The translations under genes and the position numbers were made by a program. 64,000 bases of DNA, from positions 1 to 64,000 of the forward strand of contig JBHLMQ010000002.1 in assembly GCA_048938005.1 (NCBI GenBank), read 5' to 3'. The notes beneath the pieces are model-generated. The model had not been told where the DNA came from, ran no database searches, and saw only the letters and a list, made by a program, of their open reading frames with translations. This document shows positions 38,815 to 49,429 of this stretch, one piece after another. This DNA comes from Promethearchaeota archaeon. GTDB lineage: Archaea; Asgardarchaeota; Lokiarchaeia; Sigyniarchaeales; SOKP01. Each line of letters starts with the position of its first letter. Positions within the stretch are counted from its first letter, which is position 1.

Positions 38815-39402
38815 GTGATGAGGTCATCCCAGCCAAGAAAGATCATTTTGAAAGTACCAAGGTTCCAAAGGATAAAAAATAATTTGAGAACCATTCTCAG
38901 ATTGGCTTATTTGGACGAACATAAAAGCCTTTCAAATAAAATAGATTTTTATCAAAAAAAGTATATTCAAAATAATTGTTGGCTTACTCCATCTCAGCTT
39001 AAAAGGAAAATATTTATTACCCATGCTTACACTAGCCTTGGTTAAGAATGTCAGAAATCGATTTTAGTTTGTTCTAGAGAGGTAGCATGCCTATCATATA
39101 AAAAAATGGTAAGCAAAGGAGTAATAGAACCTTCTGACCGACCGATCAACCTTAATATGGTATGGGTTCCTCATAATAGTGCCTGGTATTGTACAGAATG
39201 TTATGAATGATATTATAAAGTAAAAGTATGTGAGCAATGCTATAAATTTGATGAAAATTCAGTAGAGATTTTGGAATGTTATATATGCAATAGATATCTA
39301 TGTGGATCCTGTCAAAAATTTTGCCCTGATTGTAGAGAATCATATTGTTATCAAAGTTATTTCGACCATCTAGATAATAAGAAATGTCGTTTTAAAGATT
39401 AA
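38815..39402 (+). pseudogene. Disrupted Cys-rich (multi-CxxC) zinc-binding protein
   Basis: One frame continues through TAA (39043) and TGA (39208): ...NMVWVPHNSAWYCTECYE*YYKVKVCEQC...CYIC...CGSC..FCPDC...KD*. Confidence 0.7.
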
Positions 39403-39508
39403 AATTCATGCTTTTGAATTCTTATATTACTTTTTCTTAATGGTTAAAATTAAAAATAGAGATTTTTATTTCTAATGCAAATAATATTAAAGTTCTATGG
39501 TTTGAAAT

Positions 39509-40762
39509 ATGAAAATTAAAGTTGCTTTTGTTTTTTTGTACTTTCTTATTTTTCCATCCATTAATACAATAGGTATGACTCTGCTCACACCACCTAATGC
39601 AATTATAGCGTATCCTAATTTATCCCTTTCTGGTGAAGGCGTTTCTAATTACAATATTTCCCAGAGTGTAACTTATGAAGTAGTAATCAATTTTACTCTA
39701 ACTCATAAATCCGGGGTAGGATTATATTGCTTTAAATTTGCAAGACTCAATACTCGCATGCCAAATTCATCATTAACCCAGTATTGTCCACCTTATCAAG
39801 AGAGTGTATGTAATTTTAGTAAAATAACCAATAATATACCTGGTCAAATTAAAGAAGGCCATCATGATAAATTTAACAATACATATGATTCGTTTAATGC
39901 TTCTCTCTCGATTGATGCAAGTGTCACATATGACATAAAATATTATGTAAAGTTGAATAGCATTTACTTTCAAGATATTGAGGATACGGATATTGGCGTG
40001 TATAACACTTCTGATGAGATTTTTAATTTATATTGTAACAACTCTGAACCTTATTATGAACGAGATGATGCATCATTAATTAGTCAATCTAATAGTATTG
40101 TAAGTCCTAGTGATAATCCTGTTGAAAAAGCTGAAAAGATTTGTAATTGGGTTTCAAATTATTTAACATATAATAAAACTATGCCTATTCAAGAAAAAGG
40201 AGCTCTATGGGCTTACAATCATCAGCAAGGTGATTGCAGTGAATATTCAAGTTTAATGGTTACCCTATTACGAATTCAAGGGATACCTGCTCGTAAAGTT
40301 ACTGGATTCTTAGTATCAGATGATCCCACAATTAGGCCTAAACCAGGAGATTCTTGGAATTTCTATACGAATAATTTGATTACAACAATATTAGGGCATG
40401 CATGGATCGAGTATTATGTCGCTGATATCGGTTGGATTGCGTGTGATCCTACTTGGAATAAAATAACAAATTACTTTAATAGAATTGATTTTATTAGATT
40501 TAATTTAAATGTAGGGGCAAACTTCTTTTTTCCACCTTCTGATACTGTGAGTGAATTCGGGAATCCTATTATTGGATATATATATGGTGATACATATCTC
40601 TATAATTATAATGTAAAAATAACTGTTCTTGAATCAAATCTAGCTCCTTTAAGTCCATTTCCTATATTTTTTGTTATTTTTATTGTAGCAGGTTCAGCTG
40701 TTATTTTAATTGCGGTTGTTCTATTATTGAAAAGGGGAAGTAAAAAAAAAATTTCTTATTAA
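39509..40762 (+). CDS. Exported membrane-anchored transglutaminase-like protein
   Basis: Catalytic triad GDCSEYS, HAWIEYY and W..CDPT; signal peptide and C-terminal TM with basic tail. Confidence 0.88.
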   Translation: MKIKVAFVFLYFLIFPSINTIGMTLLTPPNAIIAYPNLSLSGEGVSNYNISQSVTYEVVINFTLTHKSGVGLYCFKFARLNTRMPNSSLTQYCPPYQESVCNFSKITNNIPGQIKEGHHDKFNNTYDSFNASLSIDASVTYDIKYYVKLNSIYFQDIEDTDIGVYNTSDEIFNLYCNNSEPYYERDDASLISQSNSIVSPSDNPVEKAEKICNWVSNYLTYNKTMPIQEKGALWAYNHQQGDCSEYSSLMVTLLRIQGIPARKVTGFLVSDDPTIRPKPGDSWNFYTNNLITTILGHAWIEYYVADIGWIACDPTWNKITNYFNRIDFIRFNLNVGANFFFPPSDTVSEFGNPIIGYIYGDTYLYNYNVKITVLESNLAPLSPFPIFFVIFIVAGSAVILIAVVLLLKRGSKKKISY

Positions 40763-40798
40763 AATTAAAAATTCTTACTTTTTTTCTATCTTTAAATT

Positions 40799-42262
40799 TC
40801 ATATGTAAGTATGAATTAAATCAATGAGGTTCTTGGAGAAGTTAGGTAAATTTTTCTCAATTTTATCAATTTCTAAAGATTTCTCCAGAAATAGAAGTAA
40901 ATACAAATTGTATTTCTCAACAGTTATTTTTTTAAAGATAACTTTTTTAGACTCCTCAGAAATTCCGGAAGATACTATAAAATCTTGTTCTAACAATTTA
41001 AATTCTTTAAAAGTAGAATATAAATTTTTAAAATATGGGGCTGAAATTTCAAAAACTTTTCCAGAAATATCGGTTTTTGAGAAATTAGATAATATTATGC
41101 CATTTTCATTAAGTAACAATATAGCATCTGAATTTGTTTTTTTAGCAAACTTTTTTAATTGATTTCTAAATAATTCACGATTAGGACTTAATTGAGATAA
41201 ACCAAAAGAATATGCTGAAATAAGGCTCCAATGATCAAAGATACTTGTCTGGAAAATTTTAATAAAAAATCTCTCAGTATTTTTATTGATTTCATCTGCA
41301 ATTACTTCTAAGTTTTTGAAAATCTCTTTAGATCCTTTAAGATCAGGATCAAATTTATGTAGACAAAGTACAATAGGAGGGAATTCATCTAATTCTATTA
41401 AGGAGTTTAAAATTGTACCAAATAAATTTAAAGCTTCATCTATTCTTTCTAGATCTTGAATATCAATGAAAAAAAACAACAAATCAATATTATATAAATA
41501 AATTTTACTTTGTTCAAGAAATTTTTCTCGATATTTTTCTTGTCCACCTATATCCCATATCGAAATGGTTGTGTTTTGCTCTTCAAAAATATTTTCTTCT
41601 TTTCTGTCTACACCCTTAGTTGGTAAGACTTTTATGATTTCGGAATATTTTTTTTGGATTCCTAAAAAAAAACTTGATTTCCCTGCCCTATCTAATCCTG
41701 TTAGCAGGATTTTAATTTGTCGTCTGGTTGAAAGTGGATCTTTTAATTCTTTTGTAAATTCAAATAATTCCTCTCTTAATTCATCCATAATATTTTTTCG
41801 TTCACTATGACTCTTGTTAAGTTGAATTTGCGAAGCAGCTTTATCAATTATGATTCTTAAATATTTCATATTTTCATAGAAAAAGACCCTATCACTCTCA
41901 TCAATTAACACTGTAATAGTTGCTGCTAAAGCTTTACCACGAGCTTTTGGATCAGGTATAAGGAAAAAATAAGTTAATCCATTTAATTTTATGTCAGGAA
42001 AAGGTAATATTCCAAAATAATTTACACCCTCTGTTCCTACACCATTTTGATATTTACTATCTCCCATCAAAAGTGAAATTGTCTTCATAGCGATAAGGAG
42101 CCCTGCGTTTTCATCTAAATCATTTGGCCAAAAAATCTTTGGTACAGGTCCATTTTCATCAAAAATGCTTAAAACGATTGCTTTGATAATATCTGATTTG
42201 AACTCCCCTATTTTTTCTTCAGTTGGTTTATTTTTCTTTGGTTTAGCTTTTGTTTTTGTCAA
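40799..42262 (-). CDS. Longin/uDENN-like domain plus Arf/Rag-like small GTPase plus roadblock-like domain
   Basis: LSIFDENGPVP; G1 GLDRAGKS, G2 PTKG, G3 WDIGGQ, G4 HKFD, G5 TSI; C-terminal AILLLNENGIILS. Confidence 0.85.
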   Translation of the reverse strand: MTKTKAKPKKNKPTEEKIGEFKSDIIKAIVLSIFDENGPVPKIFWPNDLDENAGLLIAMKTISLLMGDSKYQNGVGTEGVNYFGILPFPDIKLNGLTYFFLIPDPKARGKALAATITVLIDESDRVFFYENMKYLRIIIDKAASQIQLNKSHSERKNIMDELREELFEFTKELKDPLSTRRQIKILLTGLDRAGKSSFFLGIQKKYSEIIKVLPTKGVDRKEENIFEEQNTTISIWDIGGQEKYREKFLEQSKIYLYNIDLLFFFIDIQDLERIDEALNLFGTILNSLIELDEFPPIVLCLHKFDPDLKGSKEIFKNLEVIADEINKNTERFFIKIFQTSIFDHWSLISAYSFGLSQLSPNRELFRNQLKKFAKKTNSDAILLLNENGIILSNFSKTDISGKVFEISAPYFKNLYSTFKEFKLLEQDFIVSSGISEESKKVIFKKITVEKYNLYLLLFLEKSLEIDKIEKNLPNFSKNLIDLIHTYI

Positions 42263-42422
42263 AGAATCCCCATTTTTTTAGTTGGAAGCTTTTAATATAT
42301 TAAAAGTTCAATATAACTTTTATTTAGAAATAATATAAAATCTTAATATTACTTTACTATATTCAAAAAAATCATTATTATTAAATACTTTTTTTACCAA
42401 AATTCTAAAGAATTTCCAGAAT

Positions 42423-44276
42423 TTAAGAATAGAACTTCAAACGTGATATACTTGAACCTTTACAAATATCTCTTATAAAATCTTTGATAGTTAAATTGCT
42501 AAATTTTAAGTCTTTTAAGGAAATAAATTCAATTGCTCCCTCATGTATGAATCTATGGAAATCTCCCTGAATTTTTATCCTAGTTAATAAGTCGATCTTC
42601 ACATCATCCCGATAATGAACAGAGTTAGTATAAGTTTGATGATTAGATAATAATCTAATATCTTTCGGGAAATGTTTTAGGTCTAATTTGGTAAATCTAT
42701 CGATTGCTTTTTTTGAAAAGTTTTCGCTTAGAATAAATTTTTTATTACATTTTTCCGATAATTCTGAACATATTTTATTTATTTGATTTAATGTTTTCAT
42801 ACTAAGTTTGATTGATTCTGAATTTTCATGAAGTTCATAATTAGTTAAATACTTCATTGATTCATTTAATCCAACTAAACTAATGGATAATCCTTGATCT
42901 TCCAATTTAAGTAATGGTTTTCCGTCGATGACCCCCCCACAAAAAGGTAAATGATGTGACCTAATTCTCCTTCTTATTATATCATATTTTTTTAATAAAA
43001 TTTTTGAACATAATTTTATTTTCGAATTTAATAATTCAAAAAATGAATCTTCATTTTTGCTAAGATATGCATACCTTGGTAAGTTAAGACTAACATTTTG
43101 AAGGATTCCAACATTCGCGTAATTTTTATTAGAAATTTGTTTGATAATTTTATCTTTATAGATATCTAAACATAAATTTACAAAATAAAAAGAGCTTATT
43201 ATCCCTATCTCATTCCAAAAATTCGAATAAATATTTTCAATTTCCCTTATTAACTTATTATCTAATATTAATTGAAGTTCTGGTGTTGTTATGGGATTAT
43301 TATCATACCCTTCTTTGTAAACGTGGATAAGAGCTTTAAATAATTTTATACCTTCATCTTGATAATTTCCATAAACATTTTCGATTTTTCCACTAGGTCC
43401 AACAGAAGGAACCTCTGAAAACACTTCAAAAATAGATTGAGATGAAGATATTGATGTTTGTGAGATTCCATGTCCAATTATAATAGGTAATTGATTAATC
43501 TCATAAATAAAGTTCCGAATCTCTCGAATTAGTTTTTCTTCAGAGAAATCTTGTACATATGGTGCTAAAAAAGAAGTGATATATTTAAAACCTTGATTTC
43601 CATAAAATTCACTTTGAGTCATACCCCGCCATTTGGAGAGATGATATAGAGCAGAAATAAGATCTTTTGCTGGTTCTTGTTTAATATATCCCGAAGAGTA
43701 ACCTATTGGAGGAAGACCATTTTTTAAAATTAATCGAGGATCCCATATTTGACTAAATGGTCTTAAATCAAAATAATTTAATCCATTAATATGAATATCA
43801 CCGGCTAGATGTGCTTTAGATTCCTCATTATCTAATATTCTTAAATGAGCATATTCTTCAGCTATTTGGTCTGCTGCCCAATGATGAATTTTTTCAGGAT
43901 TTATCCGCTCATATGGTTTATCACTTGGACCTTTTTCAAGAATTTCTTCATAATCCATCAACGGCATTCCAATTCGGGTATACAGCTTACGTTCATTTTC
44001 GAAGTGTTGTTCTGAAAGTATAGAACAGACTATTTCTCTAATATGTGGACCAGAAAGAAATTTAATACCCGAACTGATTATTCTTCTTACCACTAATTCA
44101 GTTATATGGTTTGCATCGGTTTCATTCATTCCTGTCTCTTTCAATATACTGTCAAAAATCTTGGATGGATCGAATTTTGCAATATTCCCTTCAGTTCTAA
44201 ATACTTTAGGTAATAAATCCATTATTATCTTCTTAAATGATTTGTATTTAGTTTTGTAATATTTTGTATTAATCAA
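42423..44276 (-). CDS. ATP-cone plus degenerate class III ribonucleotide reductase (NrdD-like) barrel, no glycyl-radical domain
   Basis: ATP cone FDPSKI..SI.KE...IREIV...L; AHLAGDIHI, SLNLPR, SLVGLNE and YTNS; ends without a Zn site or R(V/I)xGY loop. Confidence 0.75.
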   Translation of the reverse strand: MINTKYYKTKYKSFKKIIMDLLPKVFRTEGNIAKFDPSKIFDSILKETGMNETDANHITELVVRRIISSGIKFLSGPHIREIVCSILSEQHFENERKLYTRIGMPLMDYEEILEKGPSDKPYERINPEKIHHWAADQIAEEYAHLRILDNEESKAHLAGDIHINGLNYFDLRPFSQIWDPRLILKNGLPPIGYSSGYIKQEPAKDLISALYHLSKWRGMTQSEFYGNQGFKYITSFLAPYVQDFSEEKLIREIRNFIYEINQLPIIIGHGISQTSISSSQSIFEVFSEVPSVGPSGKIENVYGNYQDEGIKLFKALIHVYKEGYDNNPITTPELQLILDNKLIREIENIYSNFWNEIGIISSFYFVNLCLDIYKDKIIKQISNKNYANVGILQNVSLNLPRYAYLSKNEDSFFELLNSKIKLCSKILLKKYDIIRRRIRSHHLPFCGGVIDGKPLLKLEDQGLSISLVGLNESMKYLTNYELHENSESIKLSMKTLNQINKICSELSEKCNKKFILSENFSKKAIDRFTKLDLKHFPKDIRLLSNHQTYTNSVHYRDDVKIDLLTRIKIQGDFHRFIHEGAIEFISLKDLKFSNLTIKDFIRDICKGSSISRLKFYS

Positions 44277-44502
44277 TAATATTATAGAAACTTTAAAAAA
44301 AAAAATTATTATGGGATTAAATTTAAAGAATTGCTATTATAAAGGAACAAGAGGAAGATTTAATTCTAGCAAAACTTTTCAATTTTTTTTGCTTTTGACA
44401 TTCACCTATTTTAAATCTTATTATCTGAAATTCCTCTAATTAAGCTTTCAGAATTTTCATACACTCTTTCTTTTATTTTAATAGATCGGTTTATATGAAA
44501 TC

Positions 44503-45297
44503 ATGAAATTATGCACCGACTCATTATTGAAACAGTTTTTTGCTGAGATTTATTCAATATTAAAGGAGACAGATACAAATGTCATTGATATCTGGTGGGA
44601 AGTTTCAGAAATTCCAATTCTTAATCATTTTAATCATTTTGAGCTAAGAGACTTTTTGGGGAATTTCAATTTTGTTTCACTTCAAAAAGGAAACTATCTT
44701 CACTATATTGTTATAAATAAGATCTTGTTCATTATGGAAGCTATCACTATATTAAAATTGGATATTAGGCAAATTTCGGAGATATTAGATTATGATGGTT
44801 TTGAATCCTTAATAAAAGAAATTCTCTCAAAAAACAACTATATAACTATAAAAAATTTTAGATTTACAGATAAATCAAATTTTAAATCTAAGACTTCCCA
44901 AAAAAGATATGAAATTGATATTATTGGAATTCATTTAAAATATATATTACTTATAGATGCAAAACAATGGAGGCGTAAGGATTCATATCTTTCTCTCAGT
45001 AAAGCAGCAGATTTACAATTTCGTCGAGCCATTGCTTTAAAAAAAAATCCTGAAATCTTTTTTCGCCTTATCCATAAATTAATTGGCTCAAAATTCAATT
45101 TAAAAAAGCGATTACCATTTATAATTATCCCTGTCATGGCAACCTTAGAGGATAACAGTATTAAGATAAATGCCAATCAAATTCCTCTTGTTTCTATAAA
45201 CGAATTAAACTCGTTTCTCCAAGAATTACAAAACAACTTACAATATTTTAGAATAGTCAAAATTAATAGGATAATTCAACAGAAAAGAATAGCTTGA
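44503..45297 (+). CDS. PD-(D/E)xK nuclease-fold protein (Mrr/NERD-like)
   Basis: FESLIKEIL...Y, YEIDIIG and LLIDAKQW. Confidence 0.75.
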   Translation: MKLCTDSLLKQFFAEIYSILKETDTNVIDIWWEVSEIPILNHFNHFELRDFLGNFNFVSLQKGNYLHYIVINKILFIMEAITILKLDIRQISEILDYDGFESLIKEILSKNNYITIKNFRFTDKSNFKSKTSQKRYEIDIIGIHLKYILLIDAKQWRRKDSYLSLSKAADLQFRRAIALKKNPEIFFRLIHKLIGSKFNLKKRLPFIIIPVMATLEDNSIKINANQIPLVSINELNSFLQELQNNLQYFRIVKINRIIQQKRIA

Positions 45298-45334
45298 ATA
45301 AAAAATAAACTCAATGCATACTTTTATAATATCC

Positions 45335-46390
45335 CTATTTTTCTAATCCTAAATACTCCTTTAATTGCTTTTTTACTATATTCAAAGCAAAAGAGATTAT
45401 TCCACTTTTAACCTTAGGATGTGAAAATAATACTAATATCATATCTTTAATACTTGGATTTTCTCTATCTATCGGGGCAAGATCCAAAACTCCATCTGTT
45501 CCTCTTACTGATATAGATTTTAATACGCCAGCATCTAATCCTTCTATGATATCAGTTCCAATCATTGAAAGATTCATTCCTATGGTTGCAAATAAAGAAT
45601 CAGAAATTCTACTTGATATTGCCGATGCCAATATTGTTCCATCTGTTTTGATGATTGCTGAAGCTTCAATATTTAAATCTAACGTTAATAACCGCGTTAA
45701 AATTTCATTCATACTGGAGGGTGGTATTTTCCCTTCGATTTCTTTTTTTTTTATTGTTTTCACTTTGGGTATTTCTAGTTTCTTAACAGAAATTTTTTTT
45801 GAAAGAAATCCTAGCACCTCAGTCATATCCTTTTCTAGTCTTTTTTGTTTTAAAACAGACTCATCGCTTTCTGTAGTTTCTAATGGAATGGGAGAAATTG
45901 AAATTTCTTGTTTCCCATTTTGATCTTCTAAAACTGAATTTTTAAGCTCCTTAAAAGCATCCGAAATTACATCCCTAGATCTAGAAGATGGAGTTGGAGG
46001 AGAAGGAGGAGTCCTTATGCTATTACCGGAATCTATAATAGATCCTTTATATGGTTGAGCTGGAATTTCTTGCAGAACTTCTGAATTATTTACATCAGAT
46101 ACTGCTCTACCATCCATAGGAACCTCATTTTCAAATTCTTCTTTCTTAGGTAAAGGAATTTCATGCAATTCAATTGGTTCGCTAGTTACTTTCTGTTCTT
46201 TTGGAATTTCTTCTAATTCCAATTTTTTTTCCAGTTCAATAGGTTTCTGTTCTTTTTTTTTTTCTCTGTCAATTCTAGAACCCCGTGATCGAGATCGTTT
46301 AGAAGAAACGGGTAGTAGAGCGCCACATTTCCTACATGTGTGACTAACGGCTTCATTATTTGTAGTACCACAGTTTTGACATATAATCAA
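45335..46390 (-). CDS. Zinc ribbon, disordered linker and roadblock/LC7 domain protein
   Basis: CQNCG...CRKCG at the N-terminus; IEASAIIKTDGTILAS...ISVRGTDG at the C-terminus. Confidence 0.8.
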   Translation of the reverse strand: MIICQNCGTTNNEAVSHTCRKCGALLPVSSKRSRSRGSRIDREKKKEQKPIELEKKLELEEIPKEQKVTSEPIELHEIPLPKKEEFENEVPMDGRAVSDVNNSEVLQEIPAQPYKGSIIDSGNSIRTPPSPPTPSSRSRDVISDAFKELKNSVLEDQNGKQEISISPIPLETTESDESVLKQKRLEKDMTEVLGFLSKKISVKKLEIPKVKTIKKKEIEGKIPPSSMNEILTRLLTLDLNIEASAIIKTDGTILASAISSRISDSLFATIGMNLSMIGTDIIEGLDAGVLKSISVRGTDGVLDLAPIDRENPSIKDMILVLFSHPKVKSGIISFALNIVKKQLKEYLGLEK

Positions 46391-46577
46391 TAAAATTTTT
46401 CAACTCTTTGATTACTTTAATTAATTTCCTAAACCTTTAAGGTTTATTGCTCTAAATTTTGTAATTTTTTTAGTTTTTACTATACAATTTATGAATAAAA
46501 ATTTAATTTTATTAATGTTAGTGATAATAAAATAAATTAGAATGCTCTTAAAATAGAATAAATTCAATTAGAATAAC

Positions 46578-47552
46578 CTATTTATATAGAATCTCTTTTA
46601 ATAAATTTGCAAAAGATTCAAGATCTTCTTTATGGAAAACAGGATCTTCTTTAAGAAGCAATAAATAATATGGAGATGAATCCTTTTTCAAAGTAATCTC
46701 TTTAAATATGAAATTTTTACCGAATCTTTGTACTATCATTCGAGTTTCATAACTTTCTTCCAATACACCAGTGTATTGAAATGAATCGTGCAAAGTTAAA
46801 AAATATGGGGTCGAAGCTGTCAGTAGATGCTTGATTTCATCATCTTTATAATAGGAACCAATTATAAGTGAATTGTCGTCAATAACTACAACTCCTTGTG
46901 AATCAACTTTTTTTGCAAATTCTACAATTGTTTTCTCAATCAATTCTGATTTTGGATAGAGCCTTAAAAGAATTTCAGACATGGCAGTAATAATTGAACC
47001 AAAATCATAAATTGAGGTTTCATAGTAATATAATTTTTTATAATCTGTAGCATTTCTTATTTTATCCTTTAAATCTATTACTAAGGCTTCCATTTCATTT
47101 TGAGCACTTCTCCTTAAAGCAGGATCATATTTATGAAGAAAAATATATATCGGAGGTTCGATCTCTAATTTTTTAAATTGTTTTATTACATCTTTAAAAT
47201 AACTAATAGCTTCTGGTATTCTAGCTTTATTTTGGGCATCGATTACATAAATAGCAATTTCTGTGCCTTCAAAATATTTTCCTGGATTTTTCAAATATGC
47301 AATTCGGTAAGCCGCTTGTCCACCTAGATCCCATTCTGAGATTTCTTTACCCAGAAAATCGAATATTCTTCTTTGAGCCCCCCTTGTTGGAGATAAAATG
47401 GCGATTTTAGAAAATTCTCTTTGAAGAGCCAATATTATACTTGTTTTACCTGCGTCGTCTAAACCTGTAAAAAGAACCTTATTTGGAGCAACTACTACTT
47501 CTGGTTCTTCCTTTCTAAGGTACAATATTGATTGTTTAAGATCTTTTTCCAA
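46578..47552 (-). CDS. Arf/Rag-like small GTPase fused to a roadblock-like domain
   Basis: GLDDAGKTS, PTRG, WDLGGQ, HKYD and TSIYD; C-terminal GVVVIDDNSLIIG. Confidence 0.87.
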   Translation of the reverse strand: MEKDLKQSILYLRKEEPEVVVAPNKVLFTGLDDAGKTSIILALQREFSKIAILSPTRGAQRRIFDFLGKEISEWDLGGQAAYRIAYLKNPGKYFEGTEIAIYVIDAQNKARIPEAISYFKDVIKQFKKLEIEPPIYIFLHKYDPALRRSAQNEMEALVIDLKDKIRNATDYKKLYYYETSIYDFGSIITAMSEILLRLYPKSELIEKTIVEFAKKVDSQGVVVIDDNSLIIGSYYKDDEIKHLLTASTPYFLTLHDSFQYTGVLEESYETRMIVQRFGKNFIFKEITLKKDSSPYYLLLLKEDPVFHKEDLESFANLLKEILYK

Positions 47553-47805
47553 AGTTAAATTTCACCTTTAATGTTACATGAATAAAATTTCAAATATATT
47601 CTTTTGTAAGATAAAAAATTATATAATACTTTATTTAGATTTCGCATTTAAAATTATTTTATATAAATAATTTGAAGTCTTAATATCTTTGAATTTCCAC
47701 AGGAATGGGAATTTCACTTTTGGTTTGAATCATTTTTAATTTTTTAGCTAATTCTGGTTTACCAATTGTTTGAATTAATTCCTTTATAATTAAAAATAAA
47801 GCTAT

Positions 47806-48327
47806 TTATCTTTTTAATAATTCCTTTAATTTCTCTATTGCTTCATGGGGAGTTTCTACTCCATAAATCATATCATATCTTCTATCATCTAATTTTTGAT
47901 TTGCTATCTTTGAGGACCATCCTTTGACACTAGACAACGCAACAATAGGTTTTTGATATATCCAAGCAAAACAAATCTCAGATAATGTACCAGCTTTACC
48001 ACTAATAGCTAAACAAGCATCACCACTGAGAACGACAACAATATTTCTCGCTTGTGAAAATGGGCAAGGAATAACGATATCAACATATTTGTTAGCAGTA
48101 GATTTATCTATGTGAGGGATTATTCCAATTGTTAATCCATTTTCTTCTTTTGCCCCTTTGCATACAGCCTCCATAACGCCAGTAAGACCTCCACAAGCTA
48201 TAACAAATTTATTTTGAGCAAGTAATCGTCCTATTTCAAATGTTATTTCTTCTGTTTTTTTATCAATTTCACTTGATCCTATTATTGATACAATGCCATT
48301 AAACTGATCTTTATAATTAAAATTCAT
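47806..48327 (-). CDS. LOG/SLOG-family nucleotide-binding protein (TIGR00725-like)
   Basis: SIIGS, CGGLTGVMEAVCKGA, TIGIIP, ARN and GTLSE. Confidence 0.88.
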   Translation of the reverse strand: MNFNYKDQFNGIVSIIGSSEIDKKTEEITFEIGRLLAQNKFVIACGGLTGVMEAVCKGAKEENGLTIGIIPHIDKSTANKYVDIVIPCPFSQARNIVVVLSGDACLAISGKAGTLSEICFAWIYQKPIVALSSVKGWSSKIANQKLDDRRYDMIYGVETPHEAIEKLKELLKR

Positions 48328-48372
48328 ACACTTCAGGCTCTTATATTTTTATTTTTAATAAACTCAAAATCT

Positions 48373-49335
48373 CTAAAATCTAAGTACATCAATCGATTCT
48401 GATCCATCATTTAATTTCAAGAGATTTTTATCTTCAATGATTTTACCTATAATTTCTGCATGTAATCCATGCTTTTCAAATAGTTCAATCAACTCTTTAC
48501 AATTTTTATCTGTAGCAGTCAATATAAACGATGTAGTTAAATACATCTTGATATAAGTTGCCAAATCATATTTATTCTTTACTAAAATAGGAGGAATTGT
48601 TATTTTGGTAACATTTATATCTGCACCTCCTTCTGAATACTTTATCATTTGTAAAATTGTTCCAAAAATCCCCCCGTTTGAAATATCTTTCGAAGCATTT
48701 GCTAAATGTTTTTTAGCAACTAAATTCATAGCTTTCCTACTATTAAGAATTTCTTCTGAGGTTTTAAATGTAGTTGTATCATAGTATAGTTTACTAGCTT
48801 TTCCAATTCTTCCATTGAAATCAACAGCTAAAATTATTTTATCATTTTTTTGAGCATTACCAGCAGAAATATAATCATCCTTTTTAATTTCTCCTATCAT
48901 TGTAGAACTTAACTCATAGCATTTACTATGAATGTTTGTATGGCCTCTTATAATTGGTACTTGAAATTTATTTGAGCCTTCACAAATTCCTCTTAATAAT
49001 TCATTACAAGTTCTAAGATCCTTTACAGAAATGATTATACTTGCTGCTAATGGGGTACCTCCACACGCATAAATGTCATCAACACTAACTAAAATAGAAC
49101 TAAAACCCGCTCCATAAGGAAATTGTTCAATAAATTCAGTCCTTATTCTATCAGTGGTAATTAATATTAACTTTTCATTATTTCGCAGAGTCGCAGAGTC
49201 TTCACCAATGTCAGTAAAAATTCTATTAGTTTTAAAAGCGTTTTTATAAATATATTCAACTATAGGATTAATCTCTTTTTTTTCAATGATATATTGATTA
49301 TTTCTAATGCTTTCAGCGATCTTTTTAAGAATCAT
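48373..49335 (-). CDS. AIR synthase (PurM-like) related protein, methanogenesis marker 2/sll0787-like
   Basis: GEDSA, AGF..ILV.VDDIYACGG.P, GHT and KDISNGGIFGT. Confidence 0.78.
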   Translation of the reverse strand: MILKKIAESIRNNQYIIEKKEINPIVEYIYKNAFKTNRIFTDIGEDSATLRNNEKLILITTDRIRTEFIEQFPYGAGFSSILVSVDDIYACGGTPLAASIIISVKDLRTCNELLRGICEGSNKFQVPIIRGHTNIHSKCYELSSTMIGEIKKDDYISAGNAQKNDKIILAVDFNGRIGKASKLYYDTTTFKTSEEILNSRKAMNLVAKKHLANASKDISNGGIFGTILQMIKYSEGGADINVTKITIPPILVKNKYDLATYIKMYLTTSFILTATDKNCKELIELFEKHGLHAEIIGKIIEDKNLLKLNDGSESIDVLRF

Positions 49336-49429
49336 CTATGATTTAAATATAAAGCTATTAATAATTAAATTTGCTTAAAATAAATTAAGAAATTTAAAAC
49401 TTAATATAAATAAATTACTATTTAAAACA

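Noticed and set aside
39208-39210. TGA as selenocysteine in the Cys-rich frame
   Set aside because: It is not at a CxxC position, the same frame also has a TAA, and no SECIS-like stem was seen; decay is the simpler explanation.
48373-49335. Selenophosphate synthetase SelD
   Set aside because: Same PurM-like fold, but it lacks the N-terminal (C/U)xxK motif and DFF; it fits the marker-2/sll0787-like group better.
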